Below are positions 1 to 9,800 of a stretch of DNA of 61,408 bases, piece after piece (positions within the stretch are counted from its first letter, which is position 1; each line of letters begins with the position of its first letter). The DNA is from a virus (taxonomy: Duplodnaviria; Caudoviricetes): IMG/VR virus record IMGVR_UViG_3300020392_000014, positions 1 through 61,408 of that record. One strand, given 5' to 3'. The translations under genes and the position numbers were made by a program. Below the pieces are notes generated by a model. The model did no database searches. It saw nothing but the letters and a program-made list of their open reading frames with translations, and was not told the DNA's origin.

Positions 1-58
1 AAAAAACCGAAGATGGCAATGAAGAAAAAACCGAAGATGGCAATGAAGAAAAAACCGA
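1..58 (+). repeat. 24-bp tandem repeat (aaaaaaccgaagatggcaatgaag x2.4) encoding KKPKMAMK
   Basis: Exact copies at 1-24 and 25-48, partial copy at 49-58; lies at the window edge. Confidence 0.9.
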
Positions 59-258
59 TGCTTTCAAAAAAAAAAAATAAAAAAGTAGAAAAAGCACATA
101 AAAAAATGGATCAAGCCTTGGCTGCTAGATTAGCTGGCAACGTAAAAAAAGGCGTGCGAAAAGGTAAAGCTGCACTTAGAAAAGGAGTAAAAGGAGGGGC
201 TATAAGTGTAGCAGACGCTAAAGTCATGAAGAAAGGTATTAAAAATGTTAAAGCATAA
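13..258 (+). CDS. Small Lys-rich basic protein, possibly 5'-truncated
   Basis: Frame is open back to base 1; TAATG coupling to the next gene. Confidence 0.75.
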   Translation: MAMKKKPKMAMKKKPMLSKKKNKKVEKAHKKMDQALAARLAGNVKKGVRKGKAALRKGVKGGAISVADAKVMKKGIKNVKA

Positions 259-374
259 TGGACGCAAAAAAATTAAGAAAAATCTCAAGCGAACTCAAAA
301 AAGCTTCTGCCCTTCACAAAGGTCAAGCAGCTAAAATAGATAGGATGCTTAAGTCTTTAAAAAAGAAAAAATAA
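258..374 (+). CDS. 38-aa basic peptide MDAKKLRKISSELKKASALHKGQAAKIDRMLKSLKKKK (not in ORF track)
   Basis: Fills the gap exactly; TAATG overlap upstream and stop abutting the ATG at 375. Confidence 0.75.
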   Translation: MDAKKLRKISSELKKASALHKGQAAKIDRMLKSLKKKK

Positions 375-716
375 ATGCCGTTCAAACTTAAAAATAAGTA
401 TGAAATGTTTGGGTATGATAAAAAATATAGCAACGGTGATAGGTTAGTTGTAGAAAAAAAATTACCCAAAGAAGTTTATGGTCAAATAAATCCAAATGGA
501 GTTATTGAAATAAACAAAGATTTATCACCAAAAAATAAAAAACGTGCTGTAGCACATGAGCAAGTACATCTTGATCAGATGAATAAAGGGTTGCTTAAGT
601 ATGATTCACAGAACTATTATTATAGAAAAAATATTTCTTCACCCATACAAGTAATACCAGCAAGTCAAATTAACACCCACGATAGAGACTTGCCGTGGGA
701 AAAACACAGTAAATAA
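375..716 (+). CDS. Small zincin-like metallopeptidase
   Basis: AHEQVH (HExxH) plus downstream LPWE that could supply a third ligand. Confidence 0.6.
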   Translation: MPFKLKNKYEMFGYDKKYSNGDRLVVEKKLPKEVYGQINPNGVIEINKDLSPKNKKRAVAHEQVHLDQMNKGLLKYDSQNYYYRKNISSPIQVIPASQINTHDRDLPWEKHSK

Positions 717-718
717 TT

Positions 719-943
719 ATGAGCGATTCTTGTAAAATGCAGATATTAGGCCCTGACGCTAATAACCCTAAAAGACCAGCTAGGATGCCAAGTGATCCAA
801 AAAAACAAATGGAAATAAAAACTAAGCTAGCAGCTTGTCGTAAACAAAAGAAAGAAGAGTTTAAACAAAAGTTTAAACAAAAGTCAGCAGAGATACTACA
901 AAAAGGTAAAAACGTTGTAGAAAAAAAGATTTTAAAAAAGTAA
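719..943 (+). CDS. Small basic hypothetical protein
   Basis: Tightly packed ORF, Lys-rich, two Cys. Confidence 0.7.
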   Translation: MSDSCKMQILGPDANNPKRPARMPSDPKKQMEIKTKLAACRKQKKEEFKQKFKQKSAEILQKGKNVVEKKILKK

Positions 944-1186
944 ATGGGTGAACTTAAAAAATGGAGAGAACAAAAATGGGTTCGTATCGGCACAGACGGT
1001 AAGATAAAAGGCCCTTGCGGAACATCCAAAGATAAAAAAAACCCCGATAGATGTTTGCCTTTAGCAAAAGCAAGACGACTTAATAAAAGACAATTAGCAA
1101 AAACAGCACGCAAGAAAAAAAGAGAAGGCAGAAGAGGCAAAACAGTAGTAAGTAATACACAAGCAGCAAAAGTTAGAAACACATAA
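944..1186 (+). CDS. Small basic phage protein (KWxEQKW...GPCG...RCLP type)
   Basis: Coupled ORF; motif recalled from small proteins of aquatic phages. Confidence 0.75.
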   Translation: MGELKKWREQKWVRIGTDGKIKGPCGTSKDKKNPDRCLPLAKARRLNKRQLAKTARKKKREGRRGKTVVSNTQAAKVRNT

Positions 1187-1458
1187 TGGCAGTAGCAAGA
1201 ACAATAGGTAAAGGAGGAAACTATAGATCAACCAAATCTGGAGCAGGCATGACAGCAAAAGGTGTTGCGGCGTACAATAGAAAGACGGGCGGTAATTTAA
1301 AAACCGCTGTTACTGAAAAGAAACCTAGTAAGATGAGGGCTAAAAGAAGAAAGTCTTATTGCTCTAGATCCCTCGGACAAATGAAAATGCACAACATTAA
1401 CTGTTCCAAAACTCCAGAAAAAAGAATTTGTGCAGCCAGAAGACGCTGGAGATGTTAA
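1186..1458 (+). CDS. Small basic protein, DUF6321-like
   Basis: GMTAKGVAAY...RRKSYCSRS...RRRWRC pattern; family recalled, not searched. Confidence 0.6.
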   Translation: MAVARTIGKGGNYRSTKSGAGMTAKGVAAYNRKTGGNLKTAVTEKKPSKMRAKRRKSYCSRSLGQMKMHNINCSKTPEKRICAARRRWRC

Positions 1459-1469
1459 AAAATTATTAT

Positions 1470-1477
1470 TATATTTG
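1470..1477 (+). promoter_or_regulatory. Bacteroidota sigma70 -7 element (TATATTTG)
   Basis: TAnnTTTG in the intergenic gap about 20 nt before the ATG at 1497. Confidence 0.65.
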
Positions 1478-1496
1478 TTAGATAAAAATTAAAATT

Positions 1497-1691
1497 ATGG
1501 CACAAGGTTATAATTCTAGGCTTGACGAATCGTTAGGAGCTAGAAACGGCAAAAAAAAACAATCTTTTAAAGATCGTAGAGATGAATCAAAAGCAATGTC
1601 AAAAAAAATGTATGGACACGCTTATGGTGCTGACAAGGGAATGTCATACAGGCATTCATCTTCTTGGAAGACACATGATCATTTAAAATAA
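1497..1691 (+). CDS. Small basic hypothetical protein
   Basis: Own promoter motif and A-rich start context. Confidence 0.75.
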   Translation: MAQGYNSRLDESLGARNGKKKQSFKDRRDESKAMSKKMYGHAYGADKGMSYRHSSSWKTHDHLK

Positions 1692-1712
1692 AAAAATTAT
1701 AAATCTAATTTA

Positions 1713-1835
1713 ATGGCAAAAAAGAAAAAAAGTCCTGTGACAACTAAAGTTGTCGATAAGCCAGATACAGTACAACATGTTAAAGTTGAGAAGAAGGAAA
1801 ATCCTTATGCTCACACAAAAATTAAAAAAGATTAA
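1713..1835 (+). CDS. 40-aa basic peptide MAKKKKSPVTTKVVDKPD... (not in ORF track)
   Basis: ATG after an AT-rich leader; stop 1 nt before the next ATG. Confidence 0.65.
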   Translation: MAKKKKSPVTTKVVDKPDTVQHVKVEKKENPYAHTKIKKD

Positions 1836-1836
1836 C

Positions 1837-1986
1837 ATGAAGTCAAGGGGTTTAGGCGATAGCATAGAAAAGTTTACAAAAGCCACAGGTATAAAACAAG
1901 TTGTAGAAAAGGTCACAAATGGTGATTGCGGCTGCAACAAACGTAGGGATACTCTCAATAGATTGTTTCCTTATGATAGAAATTAA
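1837..1986 (+). CDS. 49-aa protein with GLGD...CGCxxRR motif
   Basis: ATG at 1837 preferred over the track start at 1750; motif recalled from phage small proteins. Confidence 0.7.
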   Translation: MKSRGLGDSIEKFTKATGIKQVVEKVTNGDCGCNKRRDTLNRLFPYDRN

Positions 1987-2015
1987 AGAGATTTTTAACC
2001 TCTAAACTTAAAATA

Positions 2016-2822
2016 ATGGCATACCCCAAAATAACGGTCAATACGACCCAAGTAATACATGTCACCCCTAGTGACTCAATCCCTATTCCAAATCCAAACT
2101 TTTTAGCCTGCGTAGGTGTAGGTAATTCAGTAGACAATGGTGCTAACACTTCTGTAGTAACAAATAAACTTGTTGATTCAGGAGCGACATTTACATCTAC
2201 AACCACTCCTTTCCCAGTGGTGATTGGAGACTTAGTTTTTAATACAACCACACCAGCAAACGCTGCAGTGACAGCTGTAGATTCTGGAACTGAATTATCG
2301 TTTGGAAGTAATATATTCGCAGCTTCACCAGAGAACTATGTAATTGTAAGACAAAACTCATTGGTAGATGATGAAGTAGACTTTGTTGCAAAAGGTGTAA
2401 AAGTAAATGATATTGTAGTCAATACTGACGCTCACACAATAGCTAGAGTAACTGCTGTTGTAAATTCAGATCAACTGACTTTGAGCGCAAACATATTTGG
2501 CTCTAGTACCACATTTAATGATAACTTTCGTGTTTATTCTCAACAAGAAGGAGCCGAATTTTATCCTGCATATAACGGACTAAACGGAGGTTCTTCAACC
2601 ACGTCTAATAATCCAGGTTGTTTAATTTATGTTGGCGATACTTCAACAATAAACACTGGAGCTGACGCAACCTCAAATCAATTTAAAAATGTTACCGTAA
2701 GGGTTGTAAGCGGTGAAATAGTAACTTTTAATAATTTTCCTGTAGGTCAATATTTACCAGTACAAGTGGTGCAGGTTATGGCTTCAGGCACAACTGCAAA
2801 CTCATTACTGGGAATATGGTAG
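2016..2822 (+). CDS. Head spike base / decoration protein (RcGTA Rcc01079-like) with two inserted beta modules
   Basis: N-terminal VTPSD; C-terminal LIYVG...VTFNNFPVGQYLPVQVVQVMASGTTA; internal duplication. Confidence 0.55.
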   Translation: MAYPKITVNTTQVIHVTPSDSIPIPNPNFLACVGVGNSVDNGANTSVVTNKLVDSGATFTSTTTPFPVVIGDLVFNTTTPANAAVTAVDSGTELSFGSNIFAASPENYVIVRQNSLVDDEVDFVAKGVKVNDIVVNTDAHTIARVTAVVNSDQLTLSANIFGSSTTFNDNFRVYSQQEGAEFYPAYNGLNGGSSTTSNNPGCLIYVGDTSTINTGADATSNQFKNVTVRVVSGEIVTFNNFPVGQYLPVQVVQVMASGTTANSLLGIW

Positions 2823-2907
2823 ATAAAAATTATTATACGCAAGATAATTCATACTTGATGGATTTAAATGTCAATTATGAAATTGTAAGTAAAAACAAAA
2901 AAGAGAC

Positions 2908-3066
2908 ATGGATTTTACAGATATGAAAATATATTCTATTAATCTACTAGCCTTAGTGATTACATCAACTGATATTGAAATAGCATTGAAGATTATATTA
3001 CTTGTTTGTACTATCGTTTATACAGTTATAAAAACAAAAAAATTATACGACAATAAAAATGGCTGA
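2908..3066 (+). CDS. 52-aa membrane protein, holin/antiholin-like (not in ORF track)
   Basis: MDFTDMKIYSINLLALVITSTDIEIALKIILLVCTIVYTVIKTKKLYDNKNG; two hydrophobic stretches and a basic tail, upstream of the endolysin. Confidence 0.6.
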   Translation: MDFTDMKIYSINLLALVITSTDIEIALKIILLVCTIVYTVIKTKKLYDNKNG

Positions 3067-3373
3067 AGTATCAGAAAACACGAAGCTCACTCTTGACCTC
3101 AAAACTATCGGAATCATCGTTGCCGGAGCTTTATCTTTAAGCTCAATGTGGTTCACTCTACAAGGTGATATTAATGATTTAAGAAATGAAATAGAAAGTC
3201 TGAGTGGTGATGAGTTTGTAAAAAAAATGGAATATCAATTAAAAGATGAGTTGATTAGAACCACAATATTACAAATCGAAAAAAGTACAGAGGGTTTGAG
3301 TGAAGATATAAAAGAAAATAAAGAAGCTATAAAGCAAAACTCAGAAAAATTATATGAAAATAAAAGAAGATGA
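3059..3373 (+). CDS. Single-TM plus coiled-coil protein in the lysis cassette (i-spanin/holin-like)
   Basis: TM segment IGIIVAGALSLSSMWF followed by a heptad-rich region. Confidence 0.5.
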   Translation: MAEVSENTKLTLDLKTIGIIVAGALSLSSMWFTLQGDINDLRNEIESLSGDEFVKKMEYQLKDELIRTTILQIEKSTEGLSEDIKENKEAIKQNSEKLYENKRR

Positions 3374-3717
3374 AAAATTTAATTATTGCCCTTTTTGCCC
3401 TGTTTGCATTTGCAAGTAGCGCACAGGACTACACTTTGTTGCATATAAATGCAAAGTGGAATCAATCTAATGATTATGATTTAAGAGGCATAAGGCATGC
3501 AAAAGTGCAAATGGCTTTTTTAGAAGATCAAAACGCAGAGCTTAAATCACAAATAAAATCAGTGCCCACTATCATCTTGTTTGACAAAAACGGTAAACCA
3601 CGTGGTCAATGGCAAGCAGACTTATCTTTTAAAATAACTGTGTCAAAACAAGAAATACAAAAAAGAATAAATTATTTAAAATTTGGTGAAGTTACAAGAA
3701 GAAATTCTACCGAATAG
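3370..3717 (+). CDS. Secreted thioredoxin-fold protein lacking CxxC
   Basis: Signal peptide ending ASSA-Q; NAKWNQSN in place of WCxxC; IKSVPTIILFDKNG cis-Pro loop. Confidence 0.55.
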   Translation: MKNLIIALFALFAFASSAQDYTLLHINAKWNQSNDYDLRGIRHAKVQMAFLEDQNAELKSQIKSVPTIILFDKNGKPRGQWQADLSFKITVSKQEIQKRINYLKFGEVTRRNSTE

Positions 3718-3723
3718 TAAATT

Positions 3724-4188
3724 ATGATTAGTAAACACATATCAGAAAAAGAAGCTGTAAAATCAATTACCGCTTTACGTTTAGGCATCGATAATACTCC
3801 AGACGGGGATTCTTTAAACAACATGAAAATAATTGCAGAAAAAGTTTTTGAGCCACTAAGAGAGTGGGTTGGAGGCCCTATAAAAATTAATTCATTTTTC
3901 AGGTCAACTGCATTAAATCAAGCTATCGGTGGCAGCAGTCGCAGCCAACATTGCCAGGGACGTGCACTTGATATAGACGATGTTTATGGTCATAAAACTA
4001 ATAAAGAAATGTTTGAATGGATTAAAGATAATTTAGACTTTGACCAAATGATTTACGAATTTGGATCGGAAGACAACCCCGATTGGGTGCACGTATCTTA
4101 TGTCAGCGAAGATAAAAACAGAAACAGAATATTAAAAGCTGTCAGGGATGATGGTAAAACAAAATATATTGATATAACAAACGCATGA
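3724..4188 (+). CDS. Endolysin, peptidase M15A family
   Basis: INSFFRS...SQHCQGRALD...WVHVSY zinc peptidase motifs. Confidence 0.85.
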   Translation: MISKHISEKEAVKSITALRLGIDNTPDGDSLNNMKIIAEKVFEPLREWVGGPIKINSFFRSTALNQAIGGSSRSQHCQGRALDIDDVYGHKTNKEMFEWIKDNLDFDQMIYEFGSEDNPDWVHVSYVSEDKNRNRILKAVRDDGKTKYIDITNA

Positions 4189-4592
4189 AAAAAATACTTG
4201 GAAAATTATTTGGTGGAGCTGGAGCATCCATCGCAGAAAAAATAGGAGGAGTAGTTGATAAATTTGTAAGAACGAAAGATGAAAAAGCTGAATTTGAAAA
4301 ACAAATGACTGAGATATTTATGTCTCATGAAATAAGTTTAGAGAAAGAAATTACTTCTCGTCACGCAGCTGATATGCAATCAGACTCATGGCTCTCGAAG
4401 AATATACGTCCGCTACTCACAATATTTAGCTTAGTGTTATATACTTTATTTTCTATAACAGATGGCAATATACCAGGTTTTCAAATAGAAAACCAATACG
4501 TTGATTTACTTGGACAAATAGTTATTATGAGTTTAGGATTTTATTTTACTTCACGAGGTATAGAAAAGACTGCCAAGATTTGGAGAAAATAA
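4185..4592 (+). CDS. Holin (3TM, GTA-type)
   Basis: DSWLSKNIRP followed by TM segments and GFYFTSRGIEK. Confidence 0.75.
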   Translation: MKKILGKLFGGAGASIAEKIGGVVDKFVRTKDEKAEFEKQMTEIFMSHEISLEKEITSRHAADMQSDSWLSKNIRPLLTIFSLVLYTLFSITDGNIPGFQIENQYVDLLGQIVIMSLGFYFTSRGIEKTAKIWRK

Positions 4593-4611
4593 AACAAAGA
4601 AAAAGATTTAT

Positions 4612-4619
4612 TACCTTTG
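4612..4619 (+). promoter_or_regulatory. -7 promoter element TACCTTTG
   Basis: TAnnTTTG 15 nt before the ATG at 4635. Confidence 0.6.
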
Positions 4620-4634
4620 TTAAAATAAAAAGAG

Positions 4635-5345
4635 ATGGCAAAAATAAGTACATATCCTTTAGATACTAATCTGGTTGGAACAGATAAATGGATTGGTTCA
4701 GACGCAGACAATAATTTTGCGACTAAAAACTTTACTATAGATTCTGTTTCTGAGTACATGAATAGAGTTGCTACCCAGCAACAAGCTTTAAGATATGTAT
4801 ACAATAACACGCTGCCAAATTTACAAGGCAGTATTATGTTTGACCCTGCGGGTGCAGGATCCGTCCCTTTTAATGGAATTACAACATTTTTACTTAACAA
4901 GTTTGAATTAACAAATCTAGGCACAGATATTTCTGGTTATTACAGTCAACCACTTGGTGGTTCTGATGTTTTGATTACTCAGTGTGACGATGTAGCTCAG
5001 TGGGGTGTTTTTAGATGGAACAGTGCGTCACAAGATTCGACGTTTACTGATTTTTATAATATAAGTGTGACCTATAAAGCTGGCAATGGAGGCTTGATTG
5101 CAGCAAAAGATTATTTCATATCTTTGCTGACATATGCAGGTGGCACAAATGATGCAAACTTTGTATTTACTTTGGATGGAAGCGCAAGTCAATATGTAAT
5201 TACACATAACTTGGCAAAGTTTCCAGCAGTATCAATAGTAGATTCAAACAATATAGAGGTTGTTGCAGCGATTACATATAATAGTATTAATCAATGTACC
5301 CTCACATTTTCAAGCGTGTTTACAGGTAAAGCGTTCTTTAATTAA
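4635..5345 (+). CDS. Virion structural protein (fibre-associated)
   Basis: MAKIS..YP N-terminus shared with 16667; C-terminal THNLxxFPxVxxxD beta domain. Confidence 0.6.
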   Translation: MAKISTYPLDTNLVGTDKWIGSDADNNFATKNFTIDSVSEYMNRVATQQQALRYVYNNTLPNLQGSIMFDPAGAGSVPFNGITTFLLNKFELTNLGTDISGYYSQPLGGSDVLITQCDDVAQWGVFRWNSASQDSTFTDFYNISVTYKAGNGGLIAAKDYFISLLTYAGGTNDANFVFTLDGSASQYVITHNLAKFPAVSIVDSNNIEVVAAITYNSINQCTLTFSSVFTGKAFFN

Positions 5346-5357
5346 AAATTAAAAATT

Positions 5358-6824
5358 ATGGCAATAAATTATTTTTCAGGTATAGCTTTAAACAATAACG
5401 AATTAGAGACGTTTAAAGTAGACAATGTTAGCTCCGACCCAACCGTAACTGGTGTTGGACAAATGATATACAACACAACAACCAATCAATTAAAATATCA
5501 TAGAAACGATGGTTGGCAAGTTATAACTCCAGGAATGACAACGTGGGTATTGAGCGCTGATTCAGGCTCAAACCAAACTATAGTGGACGGAGGACTTGTG
5601 GATATTGCTGGGGGAACAGCACTCACATCAGTTGTATCTGCTACAAATACAGTTACTGTAAATCTTGATGACACTGCAGTAACACCAGGATCATATACTT
5701 ATGCTAGTTTAACTGTTGACCAACAAGGTAGATTAACTGCTGCTTCAAGCGGTATTCAACCAATAACAGGATTCACAATAAGTGATGGTTCAAATACACA
5801 GGCTATTGGAAACGGAGATACGATTACATTTGCACACAACACAGGATTAGAGATAGGAGTTTCCGCGACTGATACTGTAACTATTAATTTGCAATTACCA
5901 GATTTACCAGACATGACTCAATCATGGGACGGATCTTCTGATGAATTTATAGTATTAGACAATAGCGAAACCGGAAACGCAAAACAAAAAAGAAAACAAT
6001 CGGATGAAATATCCTTAAGTTCTTTTGCTGCGCCATCAGCCGATTTATCTATAGGTAGTAACAAATTAACAAATGTTAGTGATCCAACGGCGGCACAAGA
6101 TGCGGCAACAAAAGCATATGTAGACACGACAACTGCCGGTGGAGTTGTATTTCAAGGAGGATATAATGCAGCAACAAATACACCTGACTTAGATAGCAGT
6201 CCAAGTTCCGCTATCAAAAAAGGTTGGATGTATACTGTAACTGTTGCTGGTAATTTCTTCACAGAAGCAGTTGAGGTTGGTGACGTTTTAATATCAAAAG
6301 TAGATTCACCAACAACACTAGCAGACTGGACTACGGTTCAAAATAATATCGATGTTGCAACAGCGACTGTAAAAGGTATAGCTAATTTCCCTACAGCAGG
6401 CGGATTAACAGTTGCAGCGGGAGCGGTTTCTGTGGCTACTCAAAGTGGGTTAACAGCTGGCACATACGGTGACGCTGATACAGTAAGTCAGATAACAGTA
6501 GATGCAAAAGGAATTGTAACTGGAGCTGCAGATGTAGATATATCAATTACAGCAAGTAAAGTAAGTGATTTTTGTACAGCAGTTGAAGCGTGTATTGACA
6601 GCGGATTGACTGCGGTAGCAAACATTGGTAACAATTCAGCTACAAGTTATGTGGTAAACCATGGTTTAGGAACAAGAGATGTAATTGTTCAAATATATGA
6701 CAATACAACTTATGACACAATATATGCTGATACTGTAAGGACTGACGCTAATAATGTAACTATAACAACAACAAGCGTATTAGCTACTAATGCGGCAAGA
6801 GTTCTTATTACTGCCGTTTCTTAA
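5358..6824 (+). CDS. Tail fibre-like structural protein
   Basis: T/A/G/S-rich; DPTAAQDAATKAYVD; two GxY...TVDxxG repeats. Confidence 0.7.
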   Translation: MAINYFSGIALNNNELETFKVDNVSSDPTVTGVGQMIYNTTTNQLKYHRNDGWQVITPGMTTWVLSADSGSNQTIVDGGLVDIAGGTALTSVVSATNTVTVNLDDTAVTPGSYTYASLTVDQQGRLTAASSGIQPITGFTISDGSNTQAIGNGDTITFAHNTGLEIGVSATDTVTINLQLPDLPDMTQSWDGSSDEFIVLDNSETGNAKQKRKQSDEISLSSFAAPSADLSIGSNKLTNVSDPTAAQDAATKAYVDTTTAGGVVFQGGYNAATNTPDLDSSPSSAIKKGWMYTVTVAGNFFTEAVEVGDVLISKVDSPTTLADWTTVQNNIDVATATVKGIANFPTAGGLTVAAGAVSVATQSGLTAGTYGDADTVSQITVDAKGIVTGAADVDISITASKVSDFCTAVEACIDSGLTAVANIGNNSATSYVVNHGLGTRDVIVQIYDNTTYDTIYADTVRTDANNVTITTTSVLATNAARVLITAVS

Positions 6825-6859
6825 TAGTATTGGCTAGATTAATTTATTAATTTAACCAA

Positions 6860-9800
6860 ATGGCTATAAGATTTCTTAGTAACCAAACAATAAACGGCAC
6901 TCTTGATTTAACCAATAGGGTTAAAGTATCTGGCAATAGCACTGATCAGTATTTTTATGAAGGGGAGAGAACAGGAGTAGGTGTTACTTTAAGACTTTAT
7001 GATAATTCCAATACTATTTATTTTGATGGATACACTGGTATTGTATTAAGAGCAAATCAAATTGGGGGTTCAGGGGGTTCAATAGTTTTTACTGGAGGAA
7101 ATGTCGGAGTAGGGACGGTACCCGCAGCAAGTGTAGCTTTTGATGTTAAAGAAGCAGACACTGCAAACGATTTAATAGTTGGATTAACTGCAGGCACGGG
7201 CGCAAGAGCACAGATACGTTCAGTAGTCCAATCTGCAAATACAGAATCAGCTATATCTTTTCACACAACTCTATCTAGTTCAACACAAGAGAAACTAAGA
7301 ATATTAGCAACAGGAGCTTTATCAGTAGGTAATTCAGGAACTAATTATGGCACATCTGGACAAGTATTAACATCTACAGGCAACGCAGTTCCACAATGGA
7401 CTACACCCACAACAGGAACAATTACTGGTAGCGGCACAGCTAATACAGTTACAAAATTTACAGGCGCTTCAGCTGTAGGCGATGGGCCTATTACATTCTC
7501 TTCTAATGATTCGACTTTTTCTGGTTTAATAACAGCTACTAAAACACAAGATGCCCAGTCATTGTTTAGATTTATCAATGCTAGTACTGGAACATCTGCA
7601 ACAAGTAGGGTAGTTGCTGAAGCGGATGCTGGTTCAGTGCAACTTATTGCGGCTGGTTCAAACTTTTCTGGTGTAAGTGGTGCATGGCAAGATGCTGGTG
7701 TTGTTTGCACATCTTCAATGTCAGGTGGTTTAATATTAGCATCAGATAATGGGGTTGCAATTAATGCTAATGGTGGCACAAGAGCTTTGACAATATCTTC
7801 ATCTAACCAAAGTGCAACTTTTACAGGGCAAATTAGTGGTATTGGCGGCAACGCAGCTACACCATCTTATATATTTGAGGGAAATACAGATACTGGGTTT
7901 TTTCATCCCGCAACTGATGCAATAGGTTTTTCAACAGCAGGACAAGAAGTAATGCGTATAGATGCAAATGGAAATGTAGCTATACAACCAGGGGGAGCAA
8001 CTTTAACAAACACTAGGCTAAATGTCGTATCTGCTGATAATTATGATCCTTCATTATTTGATGGAATGGGAGGTATAAGAATAGCTAGTGCTGGTAGTAG
8101 CTCACCAGGAGATGGTAATTACACTGGAGGTATAGGATTTGCTCTTACAAGCGGTACATCAGGAATTGCAGGTGTTCAAAAAGGTTCTGATGCAGATAAA
8201 CAAGGTTTAGCGTTTTTTACACATCCTTCAAATACAGGTGGTGATGCAGCTGAAGAAAAAATGAGACTTGATGCTGATGGAAATTTAGGAATTGGAACAA
8301 TTTCGCCTAATGCTAGGTTAGAATCAAATGCTAATGTTACTTTTAGTACAATTGACACATTTGGCCAAATAGTAGCTAAATCAACATCAGGTGCATTAGG
8401 TATGATGTTAAATATAGGTGTTGATGATGGTGGTGATTTTTGTTTTTTACAATCTGTAAACAGAGGTGTTGGTGCAACGCCATTGGTGTTACAAAGATAT
8501 GCTGCAAACGTAGGAATTGGAACTACATCGCCTGGGGCTAAATTAGAAATTTTTGGTACAGGTAATACATTAAGGTTAGACAGTGCAGCAAACCAATCAA
8601 AAACAATATTACTTAGAAATGTTGGCAGTGGTACTGCTGAAATAAAAACTGACGGTGATTTAAAATTAAATGCTGAAGATTCTGGTAAAACTATACAATT
8701 TTTTACTGAAGACACTGAAAGAATGCGTATAGAGGCAGATGGAGATGTTCTTCTTACTGAGGGTAATTTTACAATGTCTGGAGCAACACCATTTATTGTT
8801 CTTTCAAATACAGCAGAAACGGAATCAGGAATTACATTTGTAGATAGTGCAGATCCGGGTCAATCAGCAAAAATTACTTATGATGCAAGTGGCAATGATT
8901 TCAAATTCTATAACAACTCTACTAATGTAAGAATGGTTATTCAAAATGATGGTAAGGTAGGAATCGGAACAACCGCAGCTACCGCTAACTTAGAAGTTGG
9001 TGGTGCTAATTCAACACTCAGAGTTGGGCCAAGATACCCTAGTGGTGGTGATAGAGATTTTGTTGATTTGATTGCTCATGGAACTGATAGTAAAGTATTA
9101 TCAAACAATGAAAGATTTCATATAGAAAATAATTCTGGAGATATAATTATAAACCCTTTATCTAATGTCGGAATCGGAACAACTTCGCCTTTAGGTAAAT
9201 TAATGGTAAGAAAAGACCAAGCAGGTAGTCCAACAAGAATTATTGTAAGTAATAATGGAACAGTACAATCTGGTACAACAGCAAGATTATCTTTTTACGA
9301 AGGTACATCAGAAAAAAATTATATTGAAAGAAGGCGTGATGGAAGTGGTAAACTTGCGTTTGTGGCTCCTGCAAATGACAACCCTTTTGTATGGGAAAAT
9401 ACAAGTGGTGAGTTTATGAGGTTTGTAAATAGTAGAGTAGGAATCGCAACAACTAATCCTATTTTTGGATTAGATGTTAATAGCACAGGTGCATTTGGTG
9501 GAACTGGTAGTTTTAGAACATTTGTAAGTGGTAGTGCTAGTGGTAGTTTTATTGAGTTTGGAACTAATGCTGATAATGATTCTTTAGGTGCTTTAGGAAC
9601 TTTTGCTAGTGCATTTATTTTTACAACAAATCAAGGATTAGGGTTTAAATGGCAATATGCTGGTAATGATAGAATGCGATTAACAACTGGTGGTACATTA
9701 ACAGTTTCAGGTGATGTAGTTGCTTATGGATCACCGTCAGATGTAAGGTTAAAAGAAAATATAAAAACTATAGAGTCAGCTTTAGATAAAGTAAGTAAAT

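Noticed and set aside
1-58. CRISPR array
   Set aside because: The repeats are contiguous, in-frame and have no spacers.
2816-2926. 36-aa ORF MVDKNYYTQDNSY...
   Set aside because: It fills a gap but has no motif or other support; left uncalled.
8960-8970. Resemblance of ggaatcggaac to the reverse complement of the tRNA T-loop (gaatcgaac)
   Set aside because: The match is short, gapped and explained by Gly-Ile-Gly-Thr codons; there are no flanking stems.
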